64,000 nucleotides of DNA from Burkholderiales bacterium (GCA_035649495.1 DASRJL010000147.1:8479-72478); one strand, 5' to 3'; positions 54,446 to 63,831 are shown, counted from the first letter of the stretch. Program-made: numbers and translations. The notes: a model not told the origin generated them from the letters alone.

Positions 54446-55573
54446 CTAGCTGAACCGGTCGAGCCGGAAGCGCGAGATGTCGTGCCGCGTCGCCCCCGTG
54501 ATGGCGATGTCGGCCAGGATCTCGCCGATCACGGGCGCAAACTTGAAGCCGTGGCCGGAGCAGGGCGAGGCGACGATGATGTCCGGCGCGCCCGGCATCC
54601 GGTCGACGATGAAATCCCCATCCGGCGTCACGGTGTAGAGGCAGGTCCTGGCAGCCACCAGCTCGCCGTTGGCCGCCGGGATGTGGTCGACGAGCGCGGC
54701 GCGGATCATGGCCTCGTCGGCCGCTGAGACACCGCGGTCGTAACGATCCGGCTCGACGGCCTCGTCGGCATGGTGGTGCTTGGCGACTTTTACGGTGTCG
54801 TCGCCATGCGGCGGAAAACCGTAGTGCACGCCGTGGCGGTTTTCGAGGAGAAATACCGGAAAGCGCTCCGGCGCGAAGGGCGCCGCCTCGACCGGCCGGA
54901 ACCACGCCATGACCTGACGCGTGACACGGAGTTGCACCGGGAGATCGGGCAGAAGCTGCTTCACCCACGGCCCCGCGGAGACGATCACCTTGTCCGCTTC
55001 GATGTCGTCCTGTCCGATTGCCAGGCGCACGCCATTGCCGCGTGGCGTGATTGAATCCACCCTCGTCCCGGTGCGGATTTCCGCTCCTGCAGCTTTCGCG
55101 AGCCTAAGCTGTGCCTCGATCGCCGGCTCGGGCGTGACGAATCCGCCATCGGGTTGCACCACGCCGACGTAGTCGGGCGGAATCCGGAAGGCGGGGAACC
55201 GATCCATCAGCACCGCCGCTTTCAGGACTTCGTGCGGCAAACCGTGCGCGCGCGACGCGAGGAGGGTGCCGGGCACCACCGTGCCTCGCGGCGGTCCGAT
55301 CTCTGCGATGCCCGTAATGTGCAGGAGCCTCCGGCCGCTCGCCGCCTCGAGCTCGCGCCACAACTCGTAGGTCCGGCGCAGAAGCGGTACGTAAGACGGA
55401 TGCTCGAAGTAGCCCAGCCGGATGACGCGCGTCTCTCCGTGCGAGGAGCCCCTGTCGTGGCCGGGCACGAAGCGCTCGATGCCAATCGCGCGCGCGCCGC
55501 GCCGCGCGAGGGCGCACAGTGTTGCGCTGCCCATCGCGCCGAGGCCGACAACGGCTACGTCGTATCTCGCCAT
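54446..55573 (-). CDS. monomeric sarcosine oxidase / N-methyltryptophan oxidase-like FAD oxidoreductase
   Basis: YDVAVVGLGAMGSATLCALARRG and the C-terminal SPCSGHGFKFAPVIGEILADI (flavinylation-site-like Cys). Confidence 0.8.
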   Translation of the reverse strand: MARYDVAVVGLGAMGSATLCALARRGARAIGIERFVPGHDRGSSHGETRVIRLGYFEHPSYVPLLRRTYELWRELEAASGRRLLHITGIAEIGPPRGTVVPGTLLASRAHGLPHEVLKAAVLMDRFPAFRIPPDYVGVVQPDGGFVTPEPAIEAQLRLAKAAGAEIRTGTRVDSITPRGNGVRLAIGQDDIEADKVIVSAGPWVKQLLPDLPVQLRVTRQVMAWFRPVEAAPFAPERFPVFLLENRHGVHYGFPPHGDDTVKVAKHHHADEAVEPDRYDRGVSAADEAMIRAALVDHIPAANGELVAARTCLYTVTPDGDFIVDRMPGAPDIIVASPCSGHGFKFAPVIGEILADIAITGATRHDISRFRLDRFS

Positions 55574-55577
55574 TCAG

Positions 55578-55605
55578 GTGACCAGTGACCGGTGACCAGT
55601 GACCA
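55578..55605 (+). repeat. GTGAC-N2 tandem heptamer array
   Basis: GTGACCA GTGACCG GTGACCA GTGACCA, starting 4 nt upstream of the start codon of the minus-strand oxidase gene. Confidence 0.9.
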
Positions 55606-55681
55606 GCATAATACGGGCTGGACCTGTTATTGCGGCGCGCTAGAATAGCCGCCTCGCGGCATACCTGAAACGGAGGAGCAC

Positions 55682-56611
55682 GTGCACGGATCGCTGGACG
55701 ACCTGAAAGTCGAAGTCGACATGCTCGCGCCCGGCGGGGAGCGCCTCGTCGGCAAGAACCCGCCGCTCGATATCATCGCGCGCGACATCATCTTTGGTGA
55801 AGGTCCCGTGTGGGACGCGCCCAGGAAGCAGCTCTATTTCACCGACATCATCGGCGACACCATCTGGAAATGGAAGCAGAAGGGCGGGCTGGAGGCCGTG
55901 ATGATGCCCTCCGTCAAGGCCGACGGGCTGGCGCTCGACCTGGAGTATCGCGTGGTCGTCGCCGGCTGGGGCGGACGCACCGTGTTCCGCATCGAGAAGG
56001 ACGGCTCGCACACCACGCTCATGGACAGCTGGGAAGGCAAGAAGCTGAACAGCCCCAACGACATCATCGTGAGCAAGGACGGCGCGATCTGGTTCACCGA
56101 CCCGGTGGGCGGGCTCTTCAACGTCGGGATGGTGGGCCCGGATATGCAGCGCTACCACGACAAGCAGCCCGTCTACCGCATTGCTCCCGACGGCAAGCAG
56201 ATCAGCCTCATGATCGACGACATCGTCTATCCCAACGGGCTGTGTTTCTCGCCGGACGAGAAGCTCCTCTACGTGAACTGCAGCCGCGAGCGCCTGATCC
56301 GCGTCTACGACGTGAAGCCCGGCGCCAGCAGTCACCTCGGCAAGGGGCGCCTCTTCTTCCAGTACGGCGGACCCGAGCGCGGCGTCCCCGACGGCATGAA
56401 GTGCGACGTCGAGGGCAACGTCTGGTGCACCGGCCCCGGCGGTATCTTCGTGCACGATCCCGCGGGCAAGGTGCTCGCGCGCGTGAGAACGCCCGGCCAC
56501 CATCCCACCAACTTCGCGTGGGGCGACGACGACTGGAAATCGCTCTACATCACCAACATCGGCTCGGTGGTGCGCATCCGCGCGAATATCGCGGGCGTGC
56601 CGGGGAGATGA
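55682..56611 (+). CDS. SMP-30/gluconolactonase/LRE-family protein
   Basis: FGEGPVWDAPRKQLYFTDI, NSPNDIIVSKDGAIWFTDP and PNGLCFSPDEKLLYV. GTG start is uncertain. Confidence 0.8.
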   Translation: MHGSLDDLKVEVDMLAPGGERLVGKNPPLDIIARDIIFGEGPVWDAPRKQLYFTDIIGDTIWKWKQKGGLEAVMMPSVKADGLALDLEYRVVVAGWGGRTVFRIEKDGSHTTLMDSWEGKKLNSPNDIIVSKDGAIWFTDPVGGLFNVGMVGPDMQRYHDKQPVYRIAPDGKQISLMIDDIVYPNGLCFSPDEKLLYVNCSRERLIRVYDVKPGASSHLGKGRLFFQYGGPERGVPDGMKCDVEGNVWCTGPGGIFVHDPAGKVLARVRTPGHHPTNFAWGDDDWKSLYITNIGSVVRIRANIAGVPGR

Positions 56612-56630
56612 TTGGCTACCAGCTTCGAGC

Positions 56631-56659
56631 TTGACATCGTGAACGACTCTCTCAATATC
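56631..56659 (+). promoter_or_regulatory. candidate sigma70-type promoter
   Basis: Perfect TTGACA (56631-56636), a 17-nt spacer, then AATATC. It lies 57 nt upstream of ATG 56716. Confidence 0.3.
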
Positions 56660-56715
56660 CGCTTCAAGCTGGCGGCTCGCAGCCCGCGGCTGGGAGCTTT
56701 CCGAAGGAAACAATC

Positions 56716-57600
56716 ATGACCTGGAATTTCGAGCTCGTGGCCGGACCGTACAAGGGAAAAACCGGCGGCCTGGCGTGGGATGGCAAGGGAATGCTGTTCA
56801 GCGTGGTGCAGGAGGAGCGGATCATGCGATACGACCCCGCCAGCGGAAAGGCGGAGGTGTTCCGCCCGTACACCGGCCGCACCAATGGCCTGGCGATGGC
56901 AAAGGACGGAACGGTGTACGGCGCGCAGGAAGGCGGGCGCCGCGTCGTGCACTACCTGAAGGACGGCTCCACTGCGCCCATGCCCGATTTGCTGGACGGA
57001 CATCATCACAACCAGCCGACGGACTTGATCGTCGACAGCAAGGGGCGCGTGTGGTTCGCGGATGCGTACAACGCGCAGCTTCCGTACGGCCCGCCGGTCT
57101 ATCCCATGCTGGAGCACGCCTCCGTGCTGCGCCTGGAGCAGGTGAACGACGGCTGGCGGGTCGTGCGCGTCACGCACGACACGGGCGGTCCCCGCGCGGT
57201 GCTGCTGTCGAAGGACGAGAAAACGCTGTTCGTCGCGGACGGCGACGCGGAGCGCGGCAACCTGCAGCGGCTGTGCTCCTATCCGGTCCGACCCGAGGGC
57301 GACCTGGGGCCGGTCAAGGTGATGATCGATTTCGTGGTGGTCGAGCGCGGCATCGAAGGCATGTGCCTGGACAGCGAGGGGAACATCATCGCGTGCGCCG
57401 GCTGGAAGAAGGCCGGTGCCGGACCCAACCTCTACGTGATCTCGCCGTCGGGAACGATACTCGAAACGCATCCCGCGCCCGCCGACATGCCGATGCGCGT
57501 CGCGTTCGGGGACTCGGGATTGGGCAGCCTGTACCTCACGACCGGTGACGGGCAGCTTTTCCGGTCGAAGGACACGGGACGGAAGGGCTTGGCGCGCTGA
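56716..57600 (+). CDS. SMP-30/gluconolactonase/LRE-family protein (tandem paralog)
   Basis: AAGGA RBS. NQPTDLIVDSKGRVWFAD and IEGMCLDSEGNIIAC. Confidence 0.75.
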   Translation: MTWNFELVAGPYKGKTGGLAWDGKGMLFSVVQEERIMRYDPASGKAEVFRPYTGRTNGLAMAKDGTVYGAQEGGRRVVHYLKDGSTAPMPDLLDGHHHNQPTDLIVDSKGRVWFADAYNAQLPYGPPVYPMLEHASVLRLEQVNDGWRVVRVTHDTGGPRAVLLSKDEKTLFVADGDAERGNLQRLCSYPVRPEGDLGPVKVMIDFVVVERGIEGMCLDSEGNIIACAGWKKAGAGPNLYVISPSGTILETHPAPADMPMRVAFGDSGLGSLYLTTGDGQLFRSKDTGRKGLAR

Positions 57601-57912
57601 CGGCCTCCGGCTAACCCGGGGCTGCCCTCAGGCTCCGTTGGAGTGCAGGCCCGCCGATTCGCCGAAGAGCCTCGAGGAGCATGCGAAGTGCGGCGGCTTC
57701 CCGGCCAACCGCATCTCGCGCGTGCGCGCGATCATGGATCCCACGACGGCGGAAGCCTGACTCGCCGCCCTGCCTGCTGCCGCGGATTCCCGGTTCGGGA
57801 CCGCGGTGGCGGGTCTGTCGCGCGGCAAGGACCTCGCAAGAGAGTGATATATTCGCGAGTCCGGCAACATCCGTGAGCCCTTTCCCGCAGGGAGAGGGCA
57901 AAATCGAGGACC

Positions 57913-58890
57913 GTGCGACTTCTCCGCCCAACAGCAAACCTGCTTGCCGCAGCGCTCGCTGCGATGCTGATGCAGTCCGGCGAGATTGAAGCGCAAGCCT
58001 ATCCAACCCGTCCGATCCGTATCATCGCGCTCTCTTCACCCGGTTCCGGGCCGGATATCGTCGGGCGCCTGCTCGGCCAGCGATTCACGGAGGCGTGGGG
58101 CCAGCAGGTGATCGTGGATACACGCCCGGGCGCGAGCGGCATCATCGGCTCGGAGATCGCCGCGAAGGCGGCGCCTGACGGCCAGACGCTGGTGATCATC
58201 ACCTCCCAGGCCGTCATCGTTTCAGTGATGTACCAGAAGCTCACCTATGACCTCAACCGCGACTTCGCGCCCATCGGCCTCGTCGCGTGGACGCCGTTCA
58301 TACTCGCGGTTCACCCGTCCGTGCCCGCGACAACCGTGAAGGATTTGATCGCCCACGCGAAAGCGCACCCGGGAAAGCTGCGCTACGGGTCGGGCGGTAC
58401 CGGCTCGCCGCCGCACCTGTCGGTGGAGATGTTCAGGACGATGGCGGGAATCGACGTCCTGCACGTGCCGTACAAGGGCATAACGCCCGCGATGACCGAC
58501 ACGATCGCCAACCAGGTGCAGATGATCATCTCCGTCGTGCCGGCGATACTGCCGACGGTCAAGTCGGGCAGGTTGAGGGCGCTCGGCGTCACGAGCGCGA
58601 AGCGCGCGCCGCTCGTGCCGGACGTGCCCACGATCGCGGAGACGGTGCCGGGCTACGAATTCATAGGGTGGTACAGCCTTGCCGCGCCTGCGAAGACGCC
58701 GGCCGCCGTGCTCGACAAGATCAACGCCGAGCTTGCCCAGGCGCTCAAGACCCCTGAATTCCGCGAGCGCCTGTCCGGGCTGGGCGCCGTGCCGCTCGGC
58801 TCGACGCGGCAGGAGCTGGCGGCGTACATCAAGGAGCAGTCGGTCAAGATGGACGCGGCGGTGAAGGCTTCGGGGGCGAAGCCGGAGTGA
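57913..58890 (+). CDS. Bug/TctC-family periplasmic solute-binding protein
   Basis: GTG start. YPTRPIRIIALSSPGSGPD, IVDTRPGASG and PDGQTLVI. Confidence 0.9.
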   Translation: MRLLRPTANLLAAALAAMLMQSGEIEAQAYPTRPIRIIALSSPGSGPDIVGRLLGQRFTEAWGQQVIVDTRPGASGIIGSEIAAKAAPDGQTLVIITSQAVIVSVMYQKLTYDLNRDFAPIGLVAWTPFILAVHPSVPATTVKDLIAHAKAHPGKLRYGSGGTGSPPHLSVEMFRTMAGIDVLHVPYKGITPAMTDTIANQVQMIISVVPAILPTVKSGRLRALGVTSAKRAPLVPDVPTIAETVPGYEFIGWYSLAAPAKTPAAVLDKINAELAQALKTPEFRERLSGLGAVPLGSTRQELAAYIKEQSVKMDAAVKASGAKPE

Positions 58891-58906
58891 GGCAATTCGA
58901 GAAGGA

Positions 58907-58987
58907 GTGACACGTGACAGGTGACACGTGTCTCGAAAATGCCGTATTCCTCCAATCGCAGGTGACGAGTCACGGGTCACGAGTCAC
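58907..58987. repeat. inverted pair of heptamer arrays (GTGAC-N2 x3 ... GTCAC-N2 x3)
   Basis: GTGACAC GTGACAG GTGACAC GTG, a 31-nt spacer, then GTGACGA GTCACGG GTCACGA GTCAC. The architecture matches 50242-50324. Confidence 0.9.
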
Positions 58988-59016
58988 TTCTTGTATTGAT
59001 CGAAGGAGCAATGAAT

Positions 59017-59172
59017 ATGGCAGACGGAATAAAGCCTGTACGCAGAGTCGTCATCGGCAACGACGCGCAGGGGCGATCCTGCGTGCTGTTCGACAGCGCG
59101 GCGCCCAACGTGAACGCCAACGCGTTCAAGAAGGGCACGGCGATGACCGACGTCTGGGTGCGCGAGTCGTGA
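59017..59172 (+). pseudogene. 51-codon N-terminal fragment of a cupin-family gene, stop overlapping the next start (TGATG)
   Basis: AAGGAG upstream. MADGIKPVRRVVIGNDAQGRSCVLFDSAAPNVNANAFKKGTAMTDVWVRES matches the N-terminus of roughly 170-aa cupin proteins but ends before the cupin barrel. Confidence 0.4.
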
Positions 59173-60119
59173 TGGCGCGCTTCGTCACCCTTGGCCTGCT
59201 GCTGGCCGCGCTCCTGCCGGGGGTCCGTGCGGCCGACTGGCCGACCAGGCCGGTGCGGTGGGTGATCGGCCCGGCGCCCGACGTGCTGCCGCGCATGTTG
59301 GGCCAGAAGCTGGCCGAAGCGTGGGGACAGCAGATCGTCGTGGATCAGCGCCCGGGAGCGGCCGGCATCATCGCCGCGGAGACCGTCGCGAAAGCGCCGG
59401 CGGACGGCTATACCTGGCTCATGACCACCGGCGCGAACACGACCCTGGTGGGTCTCTACCCGAAACTGCCTTACGACCTGGTCCGCGACCTGGCGCCCGT
59501 CACCTTGATGGCGACGATACCGTTCGTGCTGGTAGTGCACCCGTCGGTGCCGGCGGCGACGCTGCAGGAGTTCATCAAGCTCGCCCAGGCCCGGCCGGGC
59601 AAGCTGAATTACGCTTCGGGCGGCACCGGCACGACCTCGCATCTCGCGGGCGAGATGTTCAAGAGCATGGCGAAAGTCGACGTCGTGCACGTTCCGTACA
59701 AGGGCGTCGGGCCGGGGGTGGTCGACCTGCTGGGCGGCCAGGTGCAGATGATGTTCGCGATCATGCAGGGCGCCATGCCGCACGTGAAAGCGGGCAAGCT
59801 GAAGGCGCTCGCGGTTTCCAGCGCGAAGCGCACGGCGACGGCGCCAGAGGTGCCCACCATCGCCGAATCCGGCGTTCCAGGCTATGAATTCATTTCGTGG
59901 AACGCGGTCCACGTTCCCGCGGCCACGCCCAGGGCAATCGTCGCCACCATCAACCGGGAGATCGGCAGGATCCTGGCCATGCCGGACGTGAAACAGCGGA
60001 TGTTCGACCTGGGGCTGGAGGTCGCGGGCGGCCCGCCCGAACGGCTCGGCGAGCTGGTCAGGTCGGACATCGCGAAGTGGAGTAAGGTGATCAAGGAAGT
60101 CGGCGTAAAGGTCGACTAA
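59172..60119 (+). CDS. Bug/TctC-family periplasmic solute-binding protein (divergent N-terminal motif)
   Basis: Signal peptide LGLLLAALLPGVRA, then WPTRPVRWVIGPAPDVLPR (not the usual PFxxGG motif), VVDQRPGAAG and ADGYTWLM. Confidence 0.8.
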   Translation: MARFVTLGLLLAALLPGVRAADWPTRPVRWVIGPAPDVLPRMLGQKLAEAWGQQIVVDQRPGAAGIIAAETVAKAPADGYTWLMTTGANTTLVGLYPKLPYDLVRDLAPVTLMATIPFVLVVHPSVPAATLQEFIKLAQARPGKLNYASGGTGTTSHLAGEMFKSMAKVDVVHVPYKGVGPGVVDLLGGQVQMMFAIMQGAMPHVKAGKLKALAVSSAKRTATAPEVPTIAESGVPGYEFISWNAVHVPAATPRAIVATINREIGRILAMPDVKQRMFDLGLEVAGGPPERLGELVRSDIAKWSKVIKEVGVKVD

Positions 60120-60128
60120 GCACATTGG

Positions 60129-60279
60129 CCATGGAATCACACGGAGAATGGCCAAGGTCAAATTCAAATTCATTTGCCACGGAATCACACGGAAGGGCAC
60201 GGAAGTTGAAAACCGCCATGGCCCTTTATCGGGGTTCTGTTCTTGATTTTCGTCCGTGTGTTTCAGTGTGTTTCCGTGG
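60129..60279. repeat. CACGGAA-word inverted repeat
   Basis: CCATGGAATCACACGGAG...CCACGGAATCACACGGAAGGGCACGGAAG...TTCGTCCGTGTGTTTCAGTGTGTTTCCGTGG. Confidence 0.8.
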
Positions 60280-60318
60280 CTGAAGTGGATCTTCAGATCT
60301 TAGACAGGAGCAACAGAA

Positions 60319-62013
60319 ATGCCAAAGATGACGGGATCGCGATTGTTTGCCGAGGTACTGAAAGGCTACGGCGTGACGCACGTGTTCTTCGTGCCGACCA
60401 TATTGATGGACGCGCTGGCCGAAGCGGACAGCCTCGGCATACAGAAGATACTCACGCACGGTGAGAAAGCCGCCGTCTACATGGCCGATGGCTACGCCCG
60501 CGCGAAGAACGCGCCCGGCGTGTGCCTCGCCCAGCAGATCGGCGCGTCCAATCTCGCGGCGGGCTTGCGCGATCCGTTCATGGCGCACACGCCGCTCATC
60601 GCCATCACCGGGGGGCCGCAGTCCGGCTGGCGGTATCGGAGTGCGTATCAGGAGGTGGAGGACTTCGATCAGTTCGACGCCGTGACCAAGCGCAATCTGT
60701 ACCTCGACGACATAGCGCGACTGCCTGACCTGCTGCGGCAGATGTTCCGCATCGCGACCTCAGGTGCGCCCGGCCCGGTCCACCTGCGGCTCAAGGGCTC
60801 GCACGGCCAGGGCATCGAGATGGAGGCGGAGCTGCAGGCGGCCGTCGAGACGCAGTTCGCGACCGTTCCGCCGTTCCGCCCCGTGGCGGAAGCGGCCCGC
60901 GTGCGCGCGGCGGTGGACATGCTCGCCAAGGCGCAGAAACCCGTCATCGTGGCGGGCGGCGGCGTCATGTCCTCGCAGGCACAGGCAGAGCTGGTAGTGC
61001 TCGCGGAAAAGCTCCAGGTGCCGGTGGCAACGTCGCTGACTGCGAAGGGTGCCATTTCCGACCTGCATCCGTTGTCCGCAGGCGTGTGCGGGACCTACTC
61101 GCGGGCCTGCGCCAACAAGGTCGTGTCCGAGGCGGATCTCGTGTTCTTCGTCGGCAATCACGCCGGCGGCCAGTTGACGACCAACTACCGGATACCGGCG
61201 GCGGGGACGCCCGTGATTCAGCTCGACCTCGATCCCGAGCAACTGGGGCGCAACTACTCCAATGCGGTTTCGCTGCACGGGGATGCGAAGGCGACGCTCG
61301 CTGCAATGGCGGATGCGGCGCAGCGCAAGACGCCCGAGGCGGCGGCGTGGACCGGGCGCGTGCAGCAACTCGTATCGGAGTGGCGCACGAACGCGGAGAA
61401 AATGCGCCAGTCGGACGCCATCCCGATGCGCCCGGAACGCATCTGCAAGGAGGTGACCGACGCGCTGCCGGCCGATGGCGTGCTCGTCTCCGACACCGGT
61501 CACGCGGGCATGTGGACGGGACAGATGGTCGACATCACCAAGCCCGGGCAGCGTTACATACGCTGCGAAGGGTCGCTCGGCTGGGGACTGCCCGGCGCGA
61601 TGGGCGTCAAGTGCGCGCTGCCGGACAAGCCGGTGGTGCTCTTCACGGGCGACGGTGGCCTCTACTACCACATGACCGAGCTGGAAACCGCGGCGCGTCA
61701 CAACATCAATCTGGTGGTCGTGATCAACAACAACAGCTCGCTCAACCAGGAAATACCGCTCGTCAACGCGGCCTACAAGGAAAAGCGCGACACCAAGTCC
61801 GGTGAAATGTGGCGCTTCTCCAAGAACGCGGACCTCGCCAAGGTGGCACAGGCGTTCGGGTGCGAGGCGTTCCGCGTGGAGAAGCCGGCGCAATTGAAGG
61901 AGCTGCTGCCGAAAGCGTTCGCCATGGGTAAGCCGGTCGTGCTCGACTGCATCAGCGAAGAGCAGGCGCTCGCGCCGACGGCGTGGCAGCCCGGCGCGGG
62001 GGGCGGCCACTAG
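60319..62013 (+). CDS. thiamine-pyrophosphate-dependent enzyme (acetolactate-synthase-large-subunit-like)
   Basis: AGGAG RBS. 564 aa. TPP motif is GDGGLYYHMTELETAARHNINLVVVINNN. Confidence 0.85.
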   Translation: MPKMTGSRLFAEVLKGYGVTHVFFVPTILMDALAEADSLGIQKILTHGEKAAVYMADGYARAKNAPGVCLAQQIGASNLAAGLRDPFMAHTPLIAITGGPQSGWRYRSAYQEVEDFDQFDAVTKRNLYLDDIARLPDLLRQMFRIATSGAPGPVHLRLKGSHGQGIEMEAELQAAVETQFATVPPFRPVAEAARVRAAVDMLAKAQKPVIVAGGGVMSSQAQAELVVLAEKLQVPVATSLTAKGAISDLHPLSAGVCGTYSRACANKVVSEADLVFFVGNHAGGQLTTNYRIPAAGTPVIQLDLDPEQLGRNYSNAVSLHGDAKATLAAMADAAQRKTPEAAAWTGRVQQLVSEWRTNAEKMRQSDAIPMRPERICKEVTDALPADGVLVSDTGHAGMWTGQMVDITKPGQRYIRCEGSLGWGLPGAMGVKCALPDKPVVLFTGDGGLYYHMTELETAARHNINLVVVINNNSSLNQEIPLVNAAYKEKRDTKSGEMWRFSKNADLAKVAQAFGCEAFRVEKPAQLKELLPKAFAMGKPVVLDCISEEQALAPTAWQPGAGGGH

Positions 62014-62039
62014 CGAGGCCGCGATAGCGCAGCGCCAGG

Positions 62040-62381
62040 TCAGGCGGCCTGCAGGCGCGCCTGCGCGCTCGCCCAGTCGTTGAGGATCGGGACTATGGCG
62101 TCTATGCCGGCGGTTTCCAGGATCTTGCGCACCATTTCGTTGGGCGCGACCAGGACCATCCTGCCGCCCCGCCCCGCTTGCGCGCGCGCCGCGGTCAGCA
62201 GCGTGCGCAGCCCGATGGAGGCGACGAACGACACGTTAGAGAGGTCGACGGCGAGCTTGAGCGGCTGGGTCGAGGTCGCGAAAGCGAACTGCTGGTCTAT
62301 CGCCCGGGTCCCTTCGAGGTCCATGCGGCCAGCCAGGCTGATACGGGTGAGCTTGTCGTCCTGCTCTACGGTCATGTTCAT
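62040..62381 (-). CDS. STAS-domain protein (anti-sigma-factor antagonist family)
   Basis: 113 aa. LAVDLSNVSFVASIGLRTLLTAARAQAGRGGRMVLVAPNEMVRKILETAGID. Confidence 0.8.
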   Translation of the reverse strand: MNMTVEQDDKLTRISLAGRMDLEGTRAIDQQFAFATSTQPLKLAVDLSNVSFVASIGLRTLLTAARAQAGRGGRMVLVAPNEMVRKILETAGIDAIVPILNDWASAQARLQAA

Positions 62382-62592
62382 GCGCTTGCTCCGGGTCCCG
62401 GGAATCAGAGCGCGATGATAGGCAGCGTGCTATTACAGTTCCGTTACAGCACCGTCAGCCGTCAGGGGGGTCAGGCGTCGATTCAGCGCGCCCGCCGGCC
62501 AGCACGGGTCCTGATGCCGCAGGATTTCCGGCGGGCGGCGTGGCACGCGCTCTTGGTGCGACGCGCGTAGTCGCGACAGCGCCGGCCGGTCT

Positions 62593-63831
62593 TCATTGGC
62601 TTTTCCGGAAGAGCACGATGCGGTTCGAGTTCGTGCCGAGCTTGTTGTTCGACACCCCCCAGATATTGGCGGTCTTGGTGAAGCGCTGCGCGTTGATGAG
62701 GATCGCCTCGCAGGAGAACCCGGCGTAGATACCGAGCGGAGCGACGACTTCCTCCAGCTTGACCGCGCCGCGGCGTACCTCGCCGACTTCGAACGCGACC
62801 CAGCCGCCGGGCCGTGTGACGCGGTACAGTTCCGCGAAGACCGGGGTCATCGCCGCGGCCCAGTCCTCCACCTCCCGCGCCATCGTGATGCGGCCCGAGA
62901 TCGCTTCGGCGTCCAGGCTGTTGAACCAGCAGCGCAGCCAGTTGTCGCGGGCGTACTGGACGACATCCAGGAAAGGCGGAGAAGTCACGGTCAGTTGCAC
63001 GCTGCCGGCGGGGATGTCCGCGGTTGCGCCGGCGTCCCGGGAGATGAGCAGCGCGTCGTCCGCCGCCTTGCGCAGCCACCACCGCTCCGCCGCGGAGAGC
63101 CGGCCCTGCAGCTGCATGGTTTTCTTGAGGATGAGGGCGCGGATGTCGCGGTAGCCCGGCTCCTGCCGCAGCCGGGCGTTGATGCGGACCTGGTCTTCCT
63201 GCGTGACGGCCTGGTTGGGCGGCAGCGTGTAGACCGAGAAGAAGCCCGGCGAGTGTCCCGTCAGCCGGTTGGTCGCCACCATCCGGATCCAGCGGTCGGC
63301 GGCGTCCTCGGCGCCGCTCTGCGCGCGGCGATAGAGATACTCGCGCAGGCCGAGGATCTCGTACTCGGTATCCGGATGAAAGAACATGGAGAGATCCAGC
63401 CCGCTCTTCGGGCGCGCCGCGAAGCGCAGCGATCGGAGCCGCGCATCTATCTCCGTTACGCTCGGCAGCTCCAGGCGCGGATAGGTCAGTATGGCCGAGA
63501 GCGGGTTGACGTCGTTGGCGATGACGTTCCGCCCGTGCAGAGCCGCCTCGACCGCGGTCGTCCCGCGCCCGCTGAACGGGTCGTACACCACGTCGCCTTC
63601 GTCGGTCAGCCGCCCGATGAAGTACGCGGGAAGCTGCGGCTTGAAGCAGGCGCGGTAGGAGATCTCGTGGACAGGGCTCGCCTGCCGCTGGCGGCTGGTC
63701 CAGAACTCGGCCTCGTAGACCGGAACAGATAAAGAATCCGAAGTCTCAGTGGATTCTTGTCTGGCTCGGGAGCTGCGCGGGCGCGAAACCTCTAATGCCC
63801 GCGTGGCGCTGCGGGGTGCCAGTCCTAGCAT
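62593..63831 (-). CDS. DNA methyltransferase (N6A/N4C amino-methyltransferase family)
   Basis: ATG 63831 lies 7 nt after GGAGG. SAM-binding motif VYDPFSGRGTTAVEA is followed about 200 aa later by catalytic-type motif VTSPPFLD. Confidence 0.8.
   Translation of the reverse strand: MLGLAPRSATRALEVSRPRSSRARQESTETSDSLSVPVYEAEFWTSRQRQASPVHEISYRACFKPQLPAYFIGRLTDEGDVVYDPFSGRGTTAVEAALHGRNVIANDVNPLSAILTYPRLELPSVTEIDARLRSLRFAARPKSGLDLSMFFHPDTEYEILGLREYLYRRAQSGAEDAADRWIRMVATNRLTGHSPGFFSVYTLPPNQAVTQEDQVRINARLRQEPGYRDIRALILKKTMQLQGRLSAAERWWLRKAADDALLISRDAGATADIPAGSVQLTVTSPPFLDVVQYARDNWLRCWFNSLDAEAISGRITMAREVEDWAAAMTPVFAELYRVTRPGGWVAFEVGEVRRGAVKLEEVVAPLGIYAGFSCEAILINAQRFTKTANIWGVSNNKLGTNSNRIVLFRKSQ

Noticed and set aside
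57628-57760. Minus-strand translation ...SSRLFGESAGLHSNGA containing a GESAG nucleophile-elbow motif, as a possible esterase pseudogene in the 313-nt spacer before the TctC gene at 57913.
   Set aside because: The match is only a 6-aa motif. The upstream sequence does not align convincingly to an alpha/beta hydrolase. An alternative frame over the same nucleotides (AALRMLLEALRRIGGP) looks equally suggestive, so neither can be trusted without a BLASTX search.
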